A DNA stretch of 64,000 nucleotides from an uncultured Thermoprotei archaeon. Lineage in GTDB: Archaea > Thermoproteota > Thermoprotei > Thermofilales > B15-G2. The notes beneath the pieces were generated by a model. That model saw only the letters and a list, made by a program, of their open reading frames with translations, did not search any database and was not told where the DNA came from. The stretch lies in the NCBI GenBank assembly GCA_965367815.1, contig CBDUKN010000001.1:64001-128000 (forward strand). Direction: 5' to 3'. This document shows, in pieces, positions 9,225 to 19,375 of this stretch (position 1 is the stretch's first letter; each line of letters opens with the position of its first letter). The position numbers were made by a program, and so were the translations under genes.

Positions 9225-9373
9225 ACTTCCTCCTCATCTAGTGTTTCATCGTCTAAGGCTTCTTCAATAAGCTTCTTCTCCCACTCTTCCGGCTCCTCTA
9301 CTCTAATAACCTGCTCTATAATGAATTCAAGCATACTTCTAATTGCCCTAACTTCTTCTAGAACAGCTTCCAT
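9191..9373 (-). CDS. RelB-like antitoxin
   Basis: 60-aa acidic ORF (VEEPEEWEKKLIEEA...DEEEVWKAL) overlapping the relE start. Confidence 0.7.
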   Translation of the reverse strand: MEAVLEEVRAIRSMLEFIIEQVIRVEEPEEWEKKLIEEALDDETLDEEEVWKALDSKSTV

Positions 9374-9832
9374 AACGGAATAAATATTAATAAGAACTAT
9401 CAAATCTATTGCTTTAGTTAACTCTTGTTAAAGAAATAATTACTATTCTGAATTGGTTACATTACTTTAGCTCCATATTTCCTTGATTTATAAATTAATA
9501 CATGGGATTACTCAGGAAGCTGAGGAGAAGCTTTATCAAGCTGATATTAAGGAAATATGTTAGATCCTTTAAAGTCGATCCACCTGGAACTCCTATTAGA
9601 GAGCTTGCTATATCCTTATCTGTATACATTGTGAAAGGTTTAGTGATTCAATACTCGTTGGTCCTGGTAATATTTTTGCTTTCTATGCGTGTAAAGATGG
9701 CTTGATAAATGATGAAGTAGGAGAGACTCTTATAATATTTCTCAGACTACTAAGAGAATTTACCTTATGAGAAAACTTTAAAGAAGTATTCAAGGACTGC
9801 GCTTTAGTAGGCTGGCTTTGTTGCTTTGGCTT

Positions 9833-9851
9833 GCTCCCTTAATCCCGGCTT
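9833..9851. repeat. Junction motif, copy 3
   Basis: GCTCCCTTAATCCCGGCTT, upstream of the surface-protein gene. Confidence 0.7.
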
Positions 9852-9884
9852 AAACCTTATTTTCCCACAGACACTTATTAAAAT

Positions 9885-11332
9885 GTGGCAGAACACGAAA
9901 AGCCGTCAAAGAAGACAAAAACAAGAACATTAATAATAGGATTAATCGCAATTATACTAATTCTAGGAGCCACAACTACATAATACTAAACCTAGCTAAT
10001 AAACCCAAATTTGAACTAAAAAGCATCAGTATTCAGAAAACCGATACCACAATAACCATAAACATTAAAGGATACAATAACACCAGATTACCCGAAATCC
10101 CGATTAAACTAATCTTCTCAGATGGAACATCTTACTCCATTAAAGCTAAAGCTGTAAACAAGAAGTCTTGGCAAGCCGATTTACCGATTACTAGAGAAGG
10201 TGTCTACAGGATTCAAGTAATACATCCTTACACAGGTAAAGTGATTAAGGAAAAGTCTTTTGTGTTCTACGATAAGCCTTCGGTTAAAGCCGTTTTGAGC
10301 TTAAAAGGTAATTTGCTCAGCATTAAGGTTAATGCTAGCGATTTGAGCGGAATTGAAAAAATTTTGTTTGAGGCTTTCGGCAAGAACTATACTCTGGCTC
10401 CAGTTAATGTTGATGAGAGGGGTAATGGTGTCTATTCTTTGAAGATTAAGCTGAACTCTACTGAAGACTTTAATTACAGGATAATTGCTCTTGACAGGAG
10501 TGATAGGCATTTGACGAGCGTTAGTAAGGGTTTGTTTGAGTTGAGCGATTACGAGAAGTTTGTGGTCTACTGTTCGAACAAGGGTTTGGGTTTTGGGGAT
10601 GTTGAGAAGCTTTGGGATGTTGGGCTTGCTAGATACTTGTTTAGAGCTGATAGAAAGCTTTTCGATAAGCTTTTGGATTTGGTTAAGGTGAATAAGCTCG
10701 CTTTACTTGTTTTGGATCAGATTGTTAGGGATAAGAGGGTTGGGGATAAGGTTGGTGTCTTGTCTAGGGCTTTGGATTTGGTTGAGGGGATTGGGGTTGA
10801 GCCTTGTGTTCAGGTTGCTTGGCTTGTTGGTAATTGCTCTAATTACGGCTTTTATTCTGATAGTGGTGTTGTTAAGGCGGCTAAATTTATTTCATCTCAT
10901 CTTGAAATGAACTGGAATTACAGTAGACCTGTATGCTTTAGTGCTTTAAGCGACGCATACTACTTCTTCCCAGAAATATTCGATAAGTATCCTTGGGAAG
11001 CCTACTACTTTGTTTTGCAAGTAGGAGACACATTCTACTACTATAAGATAATTGAAATAAACGGTACAAAGTATGCTTGGAATAAAGCTATTTTGCCTTA
11101 CGCTAAATGGAGGTACGGTAAATTAATTAAAGGAGAGTTTGTTCCTATTGGTGTTAGGCTTGTTAATGGTGATTTAGCTAAGTTGGCTAAGTGGGCTGAT
11201 AAAAAAGTTGTTGAAGCTGCTACTGAGGAAGCGTACTCGGCTTGTTTATCGAAGCTAGGCACTAAAGTTTATTCAATAAATAGTCTTGGAGAATTAGTAA
11301 AGGAGATTAAAGGAGTTCTAGGCGTTAACTGA
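9885..11332 (+). pseudogene. Membrane-anchored/secreted protein with beta-rich N-terminal domains, frameshifted near 9975
   Basis: GTG 9885 gives MAEHEKPSKKTKTRTLIIGLIAIILILGATT (signal anchor); a single frameshift joins an open frame continuous with ORF 10241-11332. Confidence 0.6.
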
Positions 11333-11597
11333 TTTTCTGACTTATTATCTGTAGGGTTTGTGTAGTTGGCGTTGTAGTAGATAATAAGTATGAGGCTTGT
11401 TAGCGGTATTAATGTCTAGCAGGGAAGTGAAGCTCTGCTGTTTTGATTTATTTTTATTATATTATATAGGTTTAATGTTATTTAATTGTAAAAATGACAT
11501 AATATTATAATATTTTTTAAATATATGTTGTTTCTTTCAATATTATTTGAGTATCTTTTATTAAAGTTTATTTAGTGGGTGTGTTCAGTAGTAGTGA

Positions 11598-12653
11598 ATG
11601 ACAGAAGTCAATCGTAGGCATGTTGCTATAGCTCTTTCGGCTGGAATAATAGTGTACTTAGTGTTTCTCCTGGTAATTAACGTGAATTTCGCTGATGTCT
11701 ATAGGCTTATAGTTAATATGGATCAGCGTTTTCTTCTGATGGCTCTTTTCTTTGACACTAATTTTATTATTTTTTATGGACTGGCTTGGTATGTTTTAGT
11801 TAAAATTGTTTTAAAAGAAATAAAAGTGAAGGATGCGCTTTTAGCTGTTATAATGGGTTGGCTTGGAGACATGATTGTACCAGCTGCTTTTATTACAGGC
11901 GAGGTCATTAGGCTACTCTACTTGAATAAAAAATATAAGTTTGAGTATAGTAAAGGGTTGGCGACAGTAATTGTTCACAGGCTTTTGAGTGCTGTAACTT
12001 TCGTGTTTTTTATAACATGTGGAGCAGTTTTTCTCACTATTGAGCGTATGGCTGTTTCGAAAGACGTTTTCAGAGAAATGACTTTGACAGCTGTTCTTGC
12101 AGGAGGCTTTGCTGCTTTTCTCTTTTTCATATTTTTTAACGAGAAGGCTTTGAACACGGTTTTAGGTAAAGCATCTGCATTAGGTAAAAAACTTTTAGTT
12201 AGATTTAAAAGAACAGAAAAATATATCACTAAAATTGACGAAGAAATATCTATGTTCAAAACATCTATATTTGAAATCAAGAGAAGCAAAATCTTAGTGC
12301 TCTTTGGTTTCGGTCTGCTTTTAATTCAGTGGACTGCGGGAATACTTGTGCCCTACTGTGTTTTTAGAGCACTTAAGTCGCCTGTTAGTTTCTGGGTTTT
12401 AGCTCTCGCTTACCCGCTTTACGGTGTTATAGACAATATTCCAGCGGGTATACCAGTTAATGCAGGTGTTCTCGATACAGCTATGGTCACTACATTCATT
12501 CTGCTTGGAGTAAGTAGAGATGTCGCTGTAGCAGCTACTCTCATAACTAGAACTATTACTGTAGTCTATGAAGCTGTTCTAACAGGAACTATTTCGCTTA
12601 GCTTTGGAATAAAGGAAATATGGAGAGAGTACAAGGAAACAGAGTTTTTATAG
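11598..12653 (+). CDS. Lysylphosphatidylglycerol-synthase TM / UPF0104 flippase-like membrane protein
   Basis: Multiple TM helices, PAAFITGEVIRLLYL, PVNAGVLD, AATLITR. Confidence 0.8.
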   Translation: MTEVNRRHVAIALSAGIIVYLVFLLVINVNFADVYRLIVNMDQRFLLMALFFDTNFIIFYGLAWYVLVKIVLKEIKVKDALLAVIMGWLGDMIVPAAFITGEVIRLLYLNKKYKFEYSKGLATVIVHRLLSAVTFVFFITCGAVFLTIERMAVSKDVFREMTLTAVLAGGFAAFLFFIFFNEKALNTVLGKASALGKKLLVRFKRTEKYITKIDEEISMFKTSIFEIKRSKILVLFGFGLLLIQWTAGILVPYCVFRALKSPVSFWVLALAYPLYGVIDNIPAGIPVNAGVLDTAMVTTFILLGVSRDVAVAATLITRTITVVYEAVLTGTISLSFGIKEIWREYKETEFL

Positions 12654-12659
12654 TTAGAG

Positions 12660-13010
12660 CACTTTTAGCGGTATCTGCTACTATACCTGGCTTATTTTTC
12701 CTCCTATAGGAGGATATCTGCTCAATACGATGGGCTTAAACGGACTTAGGCACTGTTATACTATTTCGGGAGTCGCTTGTTACTTGGCTGCGGGCTGAGA
12801 ATATTTATGCTTAAGAAACTCGTAAGGTGTTAGAGAGGCCTAGATTAAGTGCAGTAGAGGCTTAGAGGCTTCAGTATGTCTCTAAGCATATTGCTCGCTG
12901 GTATAATGTACTCAGTTAGTGCTTTGTTTTCCTTTAAAATATCATGTGTTATTGCTCTTCTAGATGCTTTTTGTGTAATCGCTTTTATTAGAGAACCCGA
13001 GGTAAAGAAA
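12660..13010 (+). pseudogene. MFS transporter remnant
   Basis: Broken frames reading ATIPGLF.PPIGGYLL, ACYLAAG.RIFMLKET, AFIREPEVK. Confidence 0.4.
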
Positions 13011-13012
13011 CT

Positions 13013-15013
13013 TTAACTGAGTTCTACTTCAAGTACTTCGTAGACATGTATTTCATCTAGAGTAATGCTAGTATGCTTGTTTACTTCAACGTGCATATCT
13101 TTTCCTAATAGTCTCCTTACATGTTTTGCTTTTAGTTGGGGTAGAACTACTTTGATGTTCTTTAATGGGGCTATATACTCTATTGGACGCTTTAAATCCG
13201 ATGTAAAGTTTACTAAATGTATGTATAGTTTGTTGTCTTTTTTACGGAGAGTTATTTCGAGGCTAGAGGGAGCGTTTTCTACTAGAACTTGTCTTCTAAA
13301 TCCAAGCTCATCGAGCAGTGAATTGAAGAGTTTCAAGTACTTTGCGAACTTAAAGTCACTATATGTTTGGAAGAAGTTTCCGCAGAAGTAGAGTGCTCGC
13401 CCTTTCCCGTAATCATTTAGCGTAATAGATGGATATTCAGTGAGCTTTATTGGCTGGTAGTAGCCTTGAGTGTTCTCTGAAACTACGCCGAGTGCTCTAG
13501 CCGTAGTGAGCGTTGTCTTAATGACGTAGGTGTAGCAAGGATGCCATTCTCTGCGGTAAGTGAAGTAGTTTTCGTAGCGCCCGTACTCCTCTAGACCCAA
13601 ATACTTTACTCCAAGTAGATCTGCTATCCTGAAGTTTTCTAGCTTCCTGCCTACCTCGTAGAGAGATGTCTCGAAGGAAGCTATAAGTAGACCACCTTTT
13701 TCGACAAATTTTCTTAGAGCTTCTGCTTCTTCCTCAGTTAAGTGAGCCACATTAGGTAAAACTACTAAATCTAAGTCTGCTAGCTGATTGTAATCGCATA
13801 CTACTTTAAAGGGTACATGTGACCTCAAGAGAACTTCGTACGCACCCACGAAGCTTTTCATGTAGTCTCTAACGAACTTAATAGTGTGTCCAGTAAAGTC
13901 GCTTACAGGAACTGTTCCTCCATATAAATTGGCTGTAAACTGAGACCAGTAAAGGCCGACTTTAGATGCGTCTCGAGTACCGAAAAATGCGTCTTCATTT
14001 TCTTCAACCCACTTATTTACTTCTTTCAGAGCCTCCTCCATCTCTGGGTCTCTGTAAGTAATGCCTATCCAGTAGAAAGCGCCGTTAGCTATAGTCTCAA
14101 GGCACCTGATCATGATTTCTTCGGGTGTAGTAGGCTCTCTGTTCCATGGACTGTGTTTAGCTGCATTAAATATTACTCGAGGTTTATCTGGAGCCTGTGC
14201 TTCAAGAAGTTTAGCAGTCATCCCTGGCTTAAATATCGGCGTCTGGATTAACTCAAAGTACTCAAAGCCTCCTTCAGCACCTACTAAGTCCTGGTACTTA
14301 GCTAGCTTTCTATTTTCACGGCCAGTAGCCCAGTTAGGGCGCAGTGTCTCGCCATTCAAGTATATAGCAATATTCTCGTCAACTTCTTTCACAGCGTTAT
14401 AGGCATCCCTCATGTAGCTCGCCATAGAGTCCTGCTGAAACTCTATTAGAAGAAGATGCCGCGGATCATCTAAGTCTCCTTTCCTAGGCATGGGAGGCCC
14501 ATACTTCTCTTCGAAAAGTTTTCTACAGTACTTGCAGTAACATCCTCTCCTGTGGAAAACAGGACCGTCTAGGAAAATTCCGTCGGGTTTATACTCAGCT
14601 ATCTTCTTTATTAGCTTAATAGACTCTTGTCTCCAAGGAGTATTTACGCAAGGCATTAGTCCTCTTCCGTAAACATCGTCTATGATTTTCCCCTCGTAAT
14701 CTACTTGATACCAGTCAGGATGCTTGCTTAAGGCCGAGACATCGTGCCAGTGAACATTAATGTAAACGAAAACTCTGAAGTTTTCTTCTCGTGCTACAGC
14801 TAGATACACCGGAAGTAATTTGAGGAATTCTTTAAGTCTCTTTTCTGCTTCCTCAACAGGCCCCTTAATGGGAAGAGAGAAGTGTTCGGCATTAAACCCT
14901 AAAGACTTCTTCCATCTGATACTTTTCCTAGGGTCAAACTCGCCTTTCTCGTATGCTTCCCTGTTAATTAAAATAGCGTCTATTATTCTGAGAGGATACT
15001 TAATCCAGGTCAC
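13013..15013 (-). CDS. Glycoside hydrolase-like protein (GHL6/GH42-like TIM barrel plus class-I GATase-like trimerisation domain)
   Basis: HPDWYQ, PCVNTPW, DGIFLDG, CYCKYCRKLF, LVVLPNVAHL...FVEKGG. Confidence 0.75.
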   Translation of the reverse strand: MTWIKYPLRIIDAILINREAYEKGEFDPRKSIRWKKSLGFNAEHFSLPIKGPVEEAEKRLKEFLKLLPVYLAVAREENFRVFVYINVHWHDVSALSKHPDWYQVDYEGKIIDDVYGRGLMPCVNTPWRQESIKLIKKIAEYKPDGIFLDGPVFHRRGCYCKYCRKLFEEKYGPPMPRKGDLDDPRHLLLIEFQQDSMASYMRDAYNAVKEVDENIAIYLNGETLRPNWATGRENRKLAKYQDLVGAEGGFEYFELIQTPIFKPGMTAKLLEAQAPDKPRVIFNAAKHSPWNREPTTPEEIMIRCLETIANGAFYWIGITYRDPEMEEALKEVNKWVEENEDAFFGTRDASKVGLYWSQFTANLYGGTVPVSDFTGHTIKFVRDYMKSFVGAYEVLLRSHVPFKVVCDYNQLADLDLVVLPNVAHLTEEEAEALRKFVEKGGLLIASFETSLYEVGRKLENFRIADLLGVKYLGLEEYGRYENYFTYRREWHPCYTYVIKTTLTTARALGVVSENTQGYYQPIKLTEYPSITLNDYGKGRALYFCGNFFQTYSDFKFAKYLKLFNSLLDELGFRRQVLVENAPSSLEITLRKKDNKLYIHLVNFTSDLKRPIEYIAPLKNIKVVLPQLKAKHVRRLLGKDMHVEVNKHTSITLDEIHVYEVLEVELS

Positions 15014-15059
15014 AGTAACTACGCGTGAATAAAATATATATGAGTGAGCCTTCTAGAAT

Positions 15060-15476
15060 GAAGCACCATGAAGCTGAACTGTCGGAAAAGAAAAAGACTG
15101 TAAAGCCCAGAGACTCGCATGGCTTTTTGGAGAGAAGCTTTCGTATGAAGTAGTGCAGGGAGGAGCGGGAGGCCTAGCCTACTATTACACTTACTACACG
15201 AAACCAGAAACAGTATCAATTATAGTAGAGCTGTACCGAGTCAACAGCGACTACTGGTTCACAAGATACAATCCTTCTACAAAAGGAGAACTAGAAAACA
15301 TTTGCTTGAAGTTCTATAGAGCTCTATCAGCCCTCATACAAAACCCTGAGCTAAAAACAAGTTCAAGCGAATATCTGCCACTATATCTAACACTATTTCC
15401 AGCACTAGTGGTGACAATATACATCATCGTCAGGATCCGCAGAAAACACCGTAGCTCTTCATTAAAGTCACCTTAG
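15060..15476 (+). pseudogene. 3' remnant of a C-terminally anchored secreted protein
   Basis: ORF 15153-15476 ends in a TM helix plus basic tail (LVVTIYIIVRIRRKH); no intact 5' part. Confidence 0.35.
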
Positions 15477-15548
15477 TTTTCTCCGAAAAGGTATCTCGAA
15501 AAGCTTATAAGAGTATTGACATGTTTATGTGAGGGGGTGCCTATTGAT

Positions 15549-18512
15549 TTGCTATTTAGCCTAAAGTCCTATAATGCCGTCGAAGTAGAAAAAATAGTTA
15601 AAGAATTCTGGGAGAAGAACAAAATTGAGGAGAAATGGTTTAAGCCTCCTGAATCCGAAGAAAAAATTTTCAGAATGCTTGAAGGCCCACCAACGACTAA
15701 CGGCTTTATGCACGTTGGCCACATGAGGGGCAGAACTTACAAGGACATTGTTCTCAGATACATGAGGCTTAAAGGCTACTGGACATGGTCTCCAGGAGGC
15801 TGGGATGAGCACGGACTTCCAGTAGAGTGGGAAGTTGAGAAGAAGCTAGGTTTTAAAACAAAGAAGGATGTAGAGAAGTACGGCTACGAGAACTTTTCTA
15901 ATAAGTGTAATGAGCTAGTAGACTACTACCTCAAGTTCTGGGTAGAGGACTCGAAGAGGCTTGCTCTGTGGCTAGACTACGAGAGAGCATACGAGACCAG
16001 GAAGCCTTGGTACATAAACCACGTCTGGGCATTCCTCAAGTATGCTTATGAGAAAGGATGGCTAGTAGAAGACTACCGTGTAGTGCCTTTCTGTCCACGG
16101 TGTGAAACATCGCTTTCAGACGCAGAAGTAGCTCAAGGATACGCTACTGTAAAGGATCCATCGATATTCGTGAAGTTCCCTCTAGTAGATGAAGAGAACA
16201 CGTACATAGTGATATGGACTACTACGCCGTGGACTCTCATAGACAACGAAGCAGTAGCAGTTAACCCTGAGTTCAAGTATGCTAAAGTCAAGGTAGGCGA
16301 CGAGTACTGGATAGTTGCACGAGACCTAGTTACAGCACTAATGGGAGCTTTCGATATTCAAGAATATGAAATAGTTGAAGAGTTCTATGGAGAAAAGCTC
16401 AAAGGCTTAAAGTACAAGCATCCTCTCGAAGAAGAAGTTCCCGCACACAAGGAGCATGGGAAACCTAACCACACTATAGTGCTCGCAGACTTCGTTACAC
16501 TAGAGCAGGGTACGGGATGTGTTCACATGGCGCCAGCACACGGACCCGAAGACTTCGAAGTAGGCAAAAAGTACGGTTTACTGATATTCAATACTCTTAA
16601 GCCGGACGGACACTTCGACGAGAAAGCCGGCAAGTACAGTGGACTGTACTTCAAAGATGCATCCGAGAAAGTACTAGAGGATCTCGAAAAGAAGAGACTT
16701 CTAGTTCTTAGAGGCGAAATAGAGCACGAGTATCCGCTCTGCTGGAGATGCGATACTCCGCTAGTCTACCGAGCAGATAAGCAGTGGTTCCTTAAAGTAG
16801 AGCCTATTAAGAAGAAGCTTGTCGAAGAGAACTCTAAAGTCAAGTGGTATCCAGCATGGGCTCAGAAGAGGTTTCACGACTGGCTTGAAAACGCTATAGA
16901 CTGGTGTATATCAAGGTCAAGAGTCTGGGGCACACCTATACCAATATGGAGGTGTAAGTCCTGCAACCATATACTAGTAGTCGGTAGCATAGAGGAGCTA
17001 GAAAAGCTCTCTGGAACAAAAATAAGCAATCCACATAGACCGTGGATTGACAGAATTATCTTAAAGTGCCCTAAGTGCGGCGGAGAAATGAGAAGAGAGC
17101 CTTACGTACTAGACTGCTGGCTTGACTCCGGTTTAGCCTGGATAGCTAGCATAAACGGCTTAGTCAATAAAGAAGAGTTTGAGAGAAGATATCCCTATGA
17201 CTGGATAACAGAGGCAGTCGACCAGACTCGAGGATGGTTCTACACGCTTCTCTTCACAAGCGTTATGTGGAAAGGAGTATCTCCATACAAGTCTGTTCTG
17301 TGCCAAGGACACGTATTAGACAAATACAGGAGGAAAATGTCTAAGTCAAGAGGAAACGTAATATGGGCTAGAGACCTCTTCGAGAAATGGGGCGCAGACA
17401 TACCTAGATTTTATATAACATTTAAGGCTGCTCCATGGGACTCTGTAGCCTTCGACGTAGATGAGTTAAAAGAAGTCAGAAGAACATTTACTGTCCTCTG
17501 GAACTCAATTAAGTTCGCAGATACGTACATGGAGTTAGACAAGTTTAATCCAGAAAAACACAGCTTAGAGAAACTCGAGCACAGCCTTGCTATTGAAGAC
17601 AAGTGGCTACTTTCTAGAGTAAACTCGATAATAAAAGAGATGGAGGAAGAACTTAATAAAATGAATCTTCACTTAGCGGCCAGAAAGCTCTCCGACTTTA
17701 TAGTTGAAGACCTCAGCCACCGGTATATCAGGCTTGTTAGAAGAAGAGTATGGATTGAAGAAGAAGCGACAATAAAGTATGCTTGCTACGCAGTCTTATT
17801 CTACGTACTGAAGAGACTTCTCATAGTAGCCTCAATATTCATACCATACTTAACTGAGTATCTCTACCAGGCGTTTGTAAGAAAGTACGATAAAAACGTG
17901 GCTGAAAGTGTTCACTTAGAGAAATGGCCTAAAGTAGACGAGAAGTATGTCAACAAGGAGCTCGAGGAAACAATGGACTTAGTATTCAAGATATTCGCCG
18001 ACGTAGCCGAAGTAAGACAAAAAGTCGGAGTCAAGCTGAGGTGGCCTCTAAGAGAAGTAGCAGTAGCTGTTAAAGACAAAGCTGAAGTTCTCAGGAATTT
18101 CGAAGGAATACTGGCACAGCTTCTCAACGTAAAAAACATAGTGATTGCAAGCGAGCTTGAAGAGAAATACAGAAAAGAGCCGTTTACAGTAGTTACAGCA
18201 CCCTACGGCGAAGTAGCTGTAAACACTAAGATAGACGAAGACTTGCTAAAAGAAGCCTATGCGAGAGAGCTTGTGCGAAGAATACAGGCTATGAGAGCAG
18301 AACTAGATTTGAGAGTAGAAGAGTTTATCGAAGTATACTTAGAGACAAGCGACGACAAAATAGTAGCTGCCGTAAAAGAACACGAAGACTACATTAAAGG
18401 AGAGGTGAGAGCAGAGAAACTAGCTCTAGGCAAAGGCCCTGAAACAGCATACAACAAAGAATGGAATATAGAGGGATCTAAAGTAAAAATATACATTGTT
18501 AGAAAAAGTTAG
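15549..18512 (+). CDS. ileS: Isoleucine--tRNA ligase
   Basis: EGPPTTNGFMHVGH (HIGH), GWDEHGLPVE, WTTTPWTL, GTGCVHMAPAHG, DWCISRSRVWG, KMSKS; exact start uncertain (GAGGGGGTG SD at 15531-15539). Confidence 0.95.
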   Translation: MLFSLKSYNAVEVEKIVKEFWEKNKIEEKWFKPPESEEKIFRMLEGPPTTNGFMHVGHMRGRTYKDIVLRYMRLKGYWTWSPGGWDEHGLPVEWEVEKKLGFKTKKDVEKYGYENFSNKCNELVDYYLKFWVEDSKRLALWLDYERAYETRKPWYINHVWAFLKYAYEKGWLVEDYRVVPFCPRCETSLSDAEVAQGYATVKDPSIFVKFPLVDEENTYIVIWTTTPWTLIDNEAVAVNPEFKYAKVKVGDEYWIVARDLVTALMGAFDIQEYEIVEEFYGEKLKGLKYKHPLEEEVPAHKEHGKPNHTIVLADFVTLEQGTGCVHMAPAHGPEDFEVGKKYGLLIFNTLKPDGHFDEKAGKYSGLYFKDASEKVLEDLEKKRLLVLRGEIEHEYPLCWRCDTPLVYRADKQWFLKVEPIKKKLVEENSKVKWYPAWAQKRFHDWLENAIDWCISRSRVWGTPIPIWRCKSCNHILVVGSIEELEKLSGTKISNPHRPWIDRIILKCPKCGGEMRREPYVLDCWLDSGLAWIASINGLVNKEEFERRYPYDWITEAVDQTRGWFYTLLFTSVMWKGVSPYKSVLCQGHVLDKYRRKMSKSRGNVIWARDLFEKWGADIPRFYITFKAAPWDSVAFDVDELKEVRRTFTVLWNSIKFADTYMELDKFNPEKHSLEKLEHSLAIEDKWLLSRVNSIIKEMEEELNKMNLHLAARKLSDFIVEDLSHRYIRLVRRRVWIEEEATIKYACYAVLFYVLKRLLIVASIFIPYLTEYLYQAFVRKYDKNVAESVHLEKWPKVDEKYVNKELEETMDLVFKIFADVAEVRQKVGVKLRWPLREVAVAVKDKAEVLRNFEGILAQLLNVKNIVIASELEEKYRKEPFTVVTAPYGEVAVNTKIDEDLLKEAYARELVRRIQAMRAELDLRVEEFIEVYLETSDDKIVAAVKEHEDYIKGEVRAEKLALGKGPETAYNKEWNIEGSKVKIYIVRKS

Positions 18513-19309
18513 CAGAAACCAACTGTTCTAAATACTTTTATTAAATCTTCTCCTCTAACAACAATAGTTCTCGAATCTATTCTTTCTACACCAGGCTTAC
18601 TCTCCATTGAGTCAGCGTATTTGCTCAAGGTATACTCTATTTTGAGCTCAATAGGAGGCTCTACTTTAAATGGCTTAAATTCCCTCCTTAAAGTTCTCTC
18701 AACAGCTCTCCGAGAAGCTTCTCTAATAAGCTTCCTCGCCTTCTTCGGTGCAATAGTCATAGCGAACGACCTCCCAAAACCCCACTTAACCACAACTATC
18801 TCTATGTCCCCTAGAAGACTTCGGGCTTCTTCACATGCTTTGGCACATCCAGTTACAAGGCCTACAGGAACACCGTAGTAGCCGGCGATGGCAGCTTCTA
18901 TGCCTATCTCGCCTATAGGCTTTTTATTCAAGTATACATTTTGAATAGATTGACTAGACATAGTGTGGTCAAGAACTCCTCGAAGGGTTCCGGCTCGAGA
19001 ATGATAGCCTAGAAGAAATACTACATCTACAGAAGAGTCTAGTCCGGCGAGAGCAAATGGTCTAGGAGCGCCATGGACAAGCTTCGCTTCCTCATGTAGT
19101 TCCTCTAAAACAATATTGAAGCCGCCATCGTGTCCATCATTAACTATTACTTCTGTAGCTCCTCCCTCAAGAGCGCCTTCAACAGCTGCATTGACTTCTC
19201 GAGTCAAAAGCAGCCTTGCTTCATCGTAGTAGCGTCTTCCGGGAAAAACTTGTTCTTCAGAAACAACTCCAGTTACTCCCTCTAAATCAGTGACAATGTA
19301 TACTTTCAT
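18509..19309 (-). CDS. dppA: M55 family D-aminopeptidase
   Basis: YIVTDLEGVTG, VNDGH, GYHSRAG, GVLDHT. Confidence 0.9.
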   Translation of the reverse strand: MKVYIVTDLEGVTGVVSEEQVFPGRRYYDEARLLLTREVNAAVEGALEGGATEVIVNDGHDGGFNIVLEELHEEAKLVHGAPRPFALAGLDSSVDVVFLLGYHSRAGTLRGVLDHTMSSQSIQNVYLNKKPIGEIGIEAAIAGYYGVPVGLVTGCAKACEEARSLLGDIEIVVVKWGFGRSFAMTIAPKKARKLIREASRRAVERTLRREFKPFKVEPPIELKIEYTLSKYADSMESKPGVERIDSRTIVVRGEDLIKVFRTVGFC

Positions 19310-19375
19310 ATGTACCAGAACATAATTCTACTTGAAACTATTTAAGCCTAAACTAGATAGCATAGTAAATAGCTG

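Noticed and set aside
9502-9790. 67-aa ORF and an overlapping alternative frame
   Set aside because: Probably a gene remnant, but there is no recognisable motif to call it
11340-11590. 11-bp inverted repeat (ACTTATTATCT/AGATAATAAGT) and a very AT-rich tract as a replication origin or element end
   Set aside because: No ORB-like repeats, no cdc6 or transposase nearby, and no partner repeat at the other end of the island
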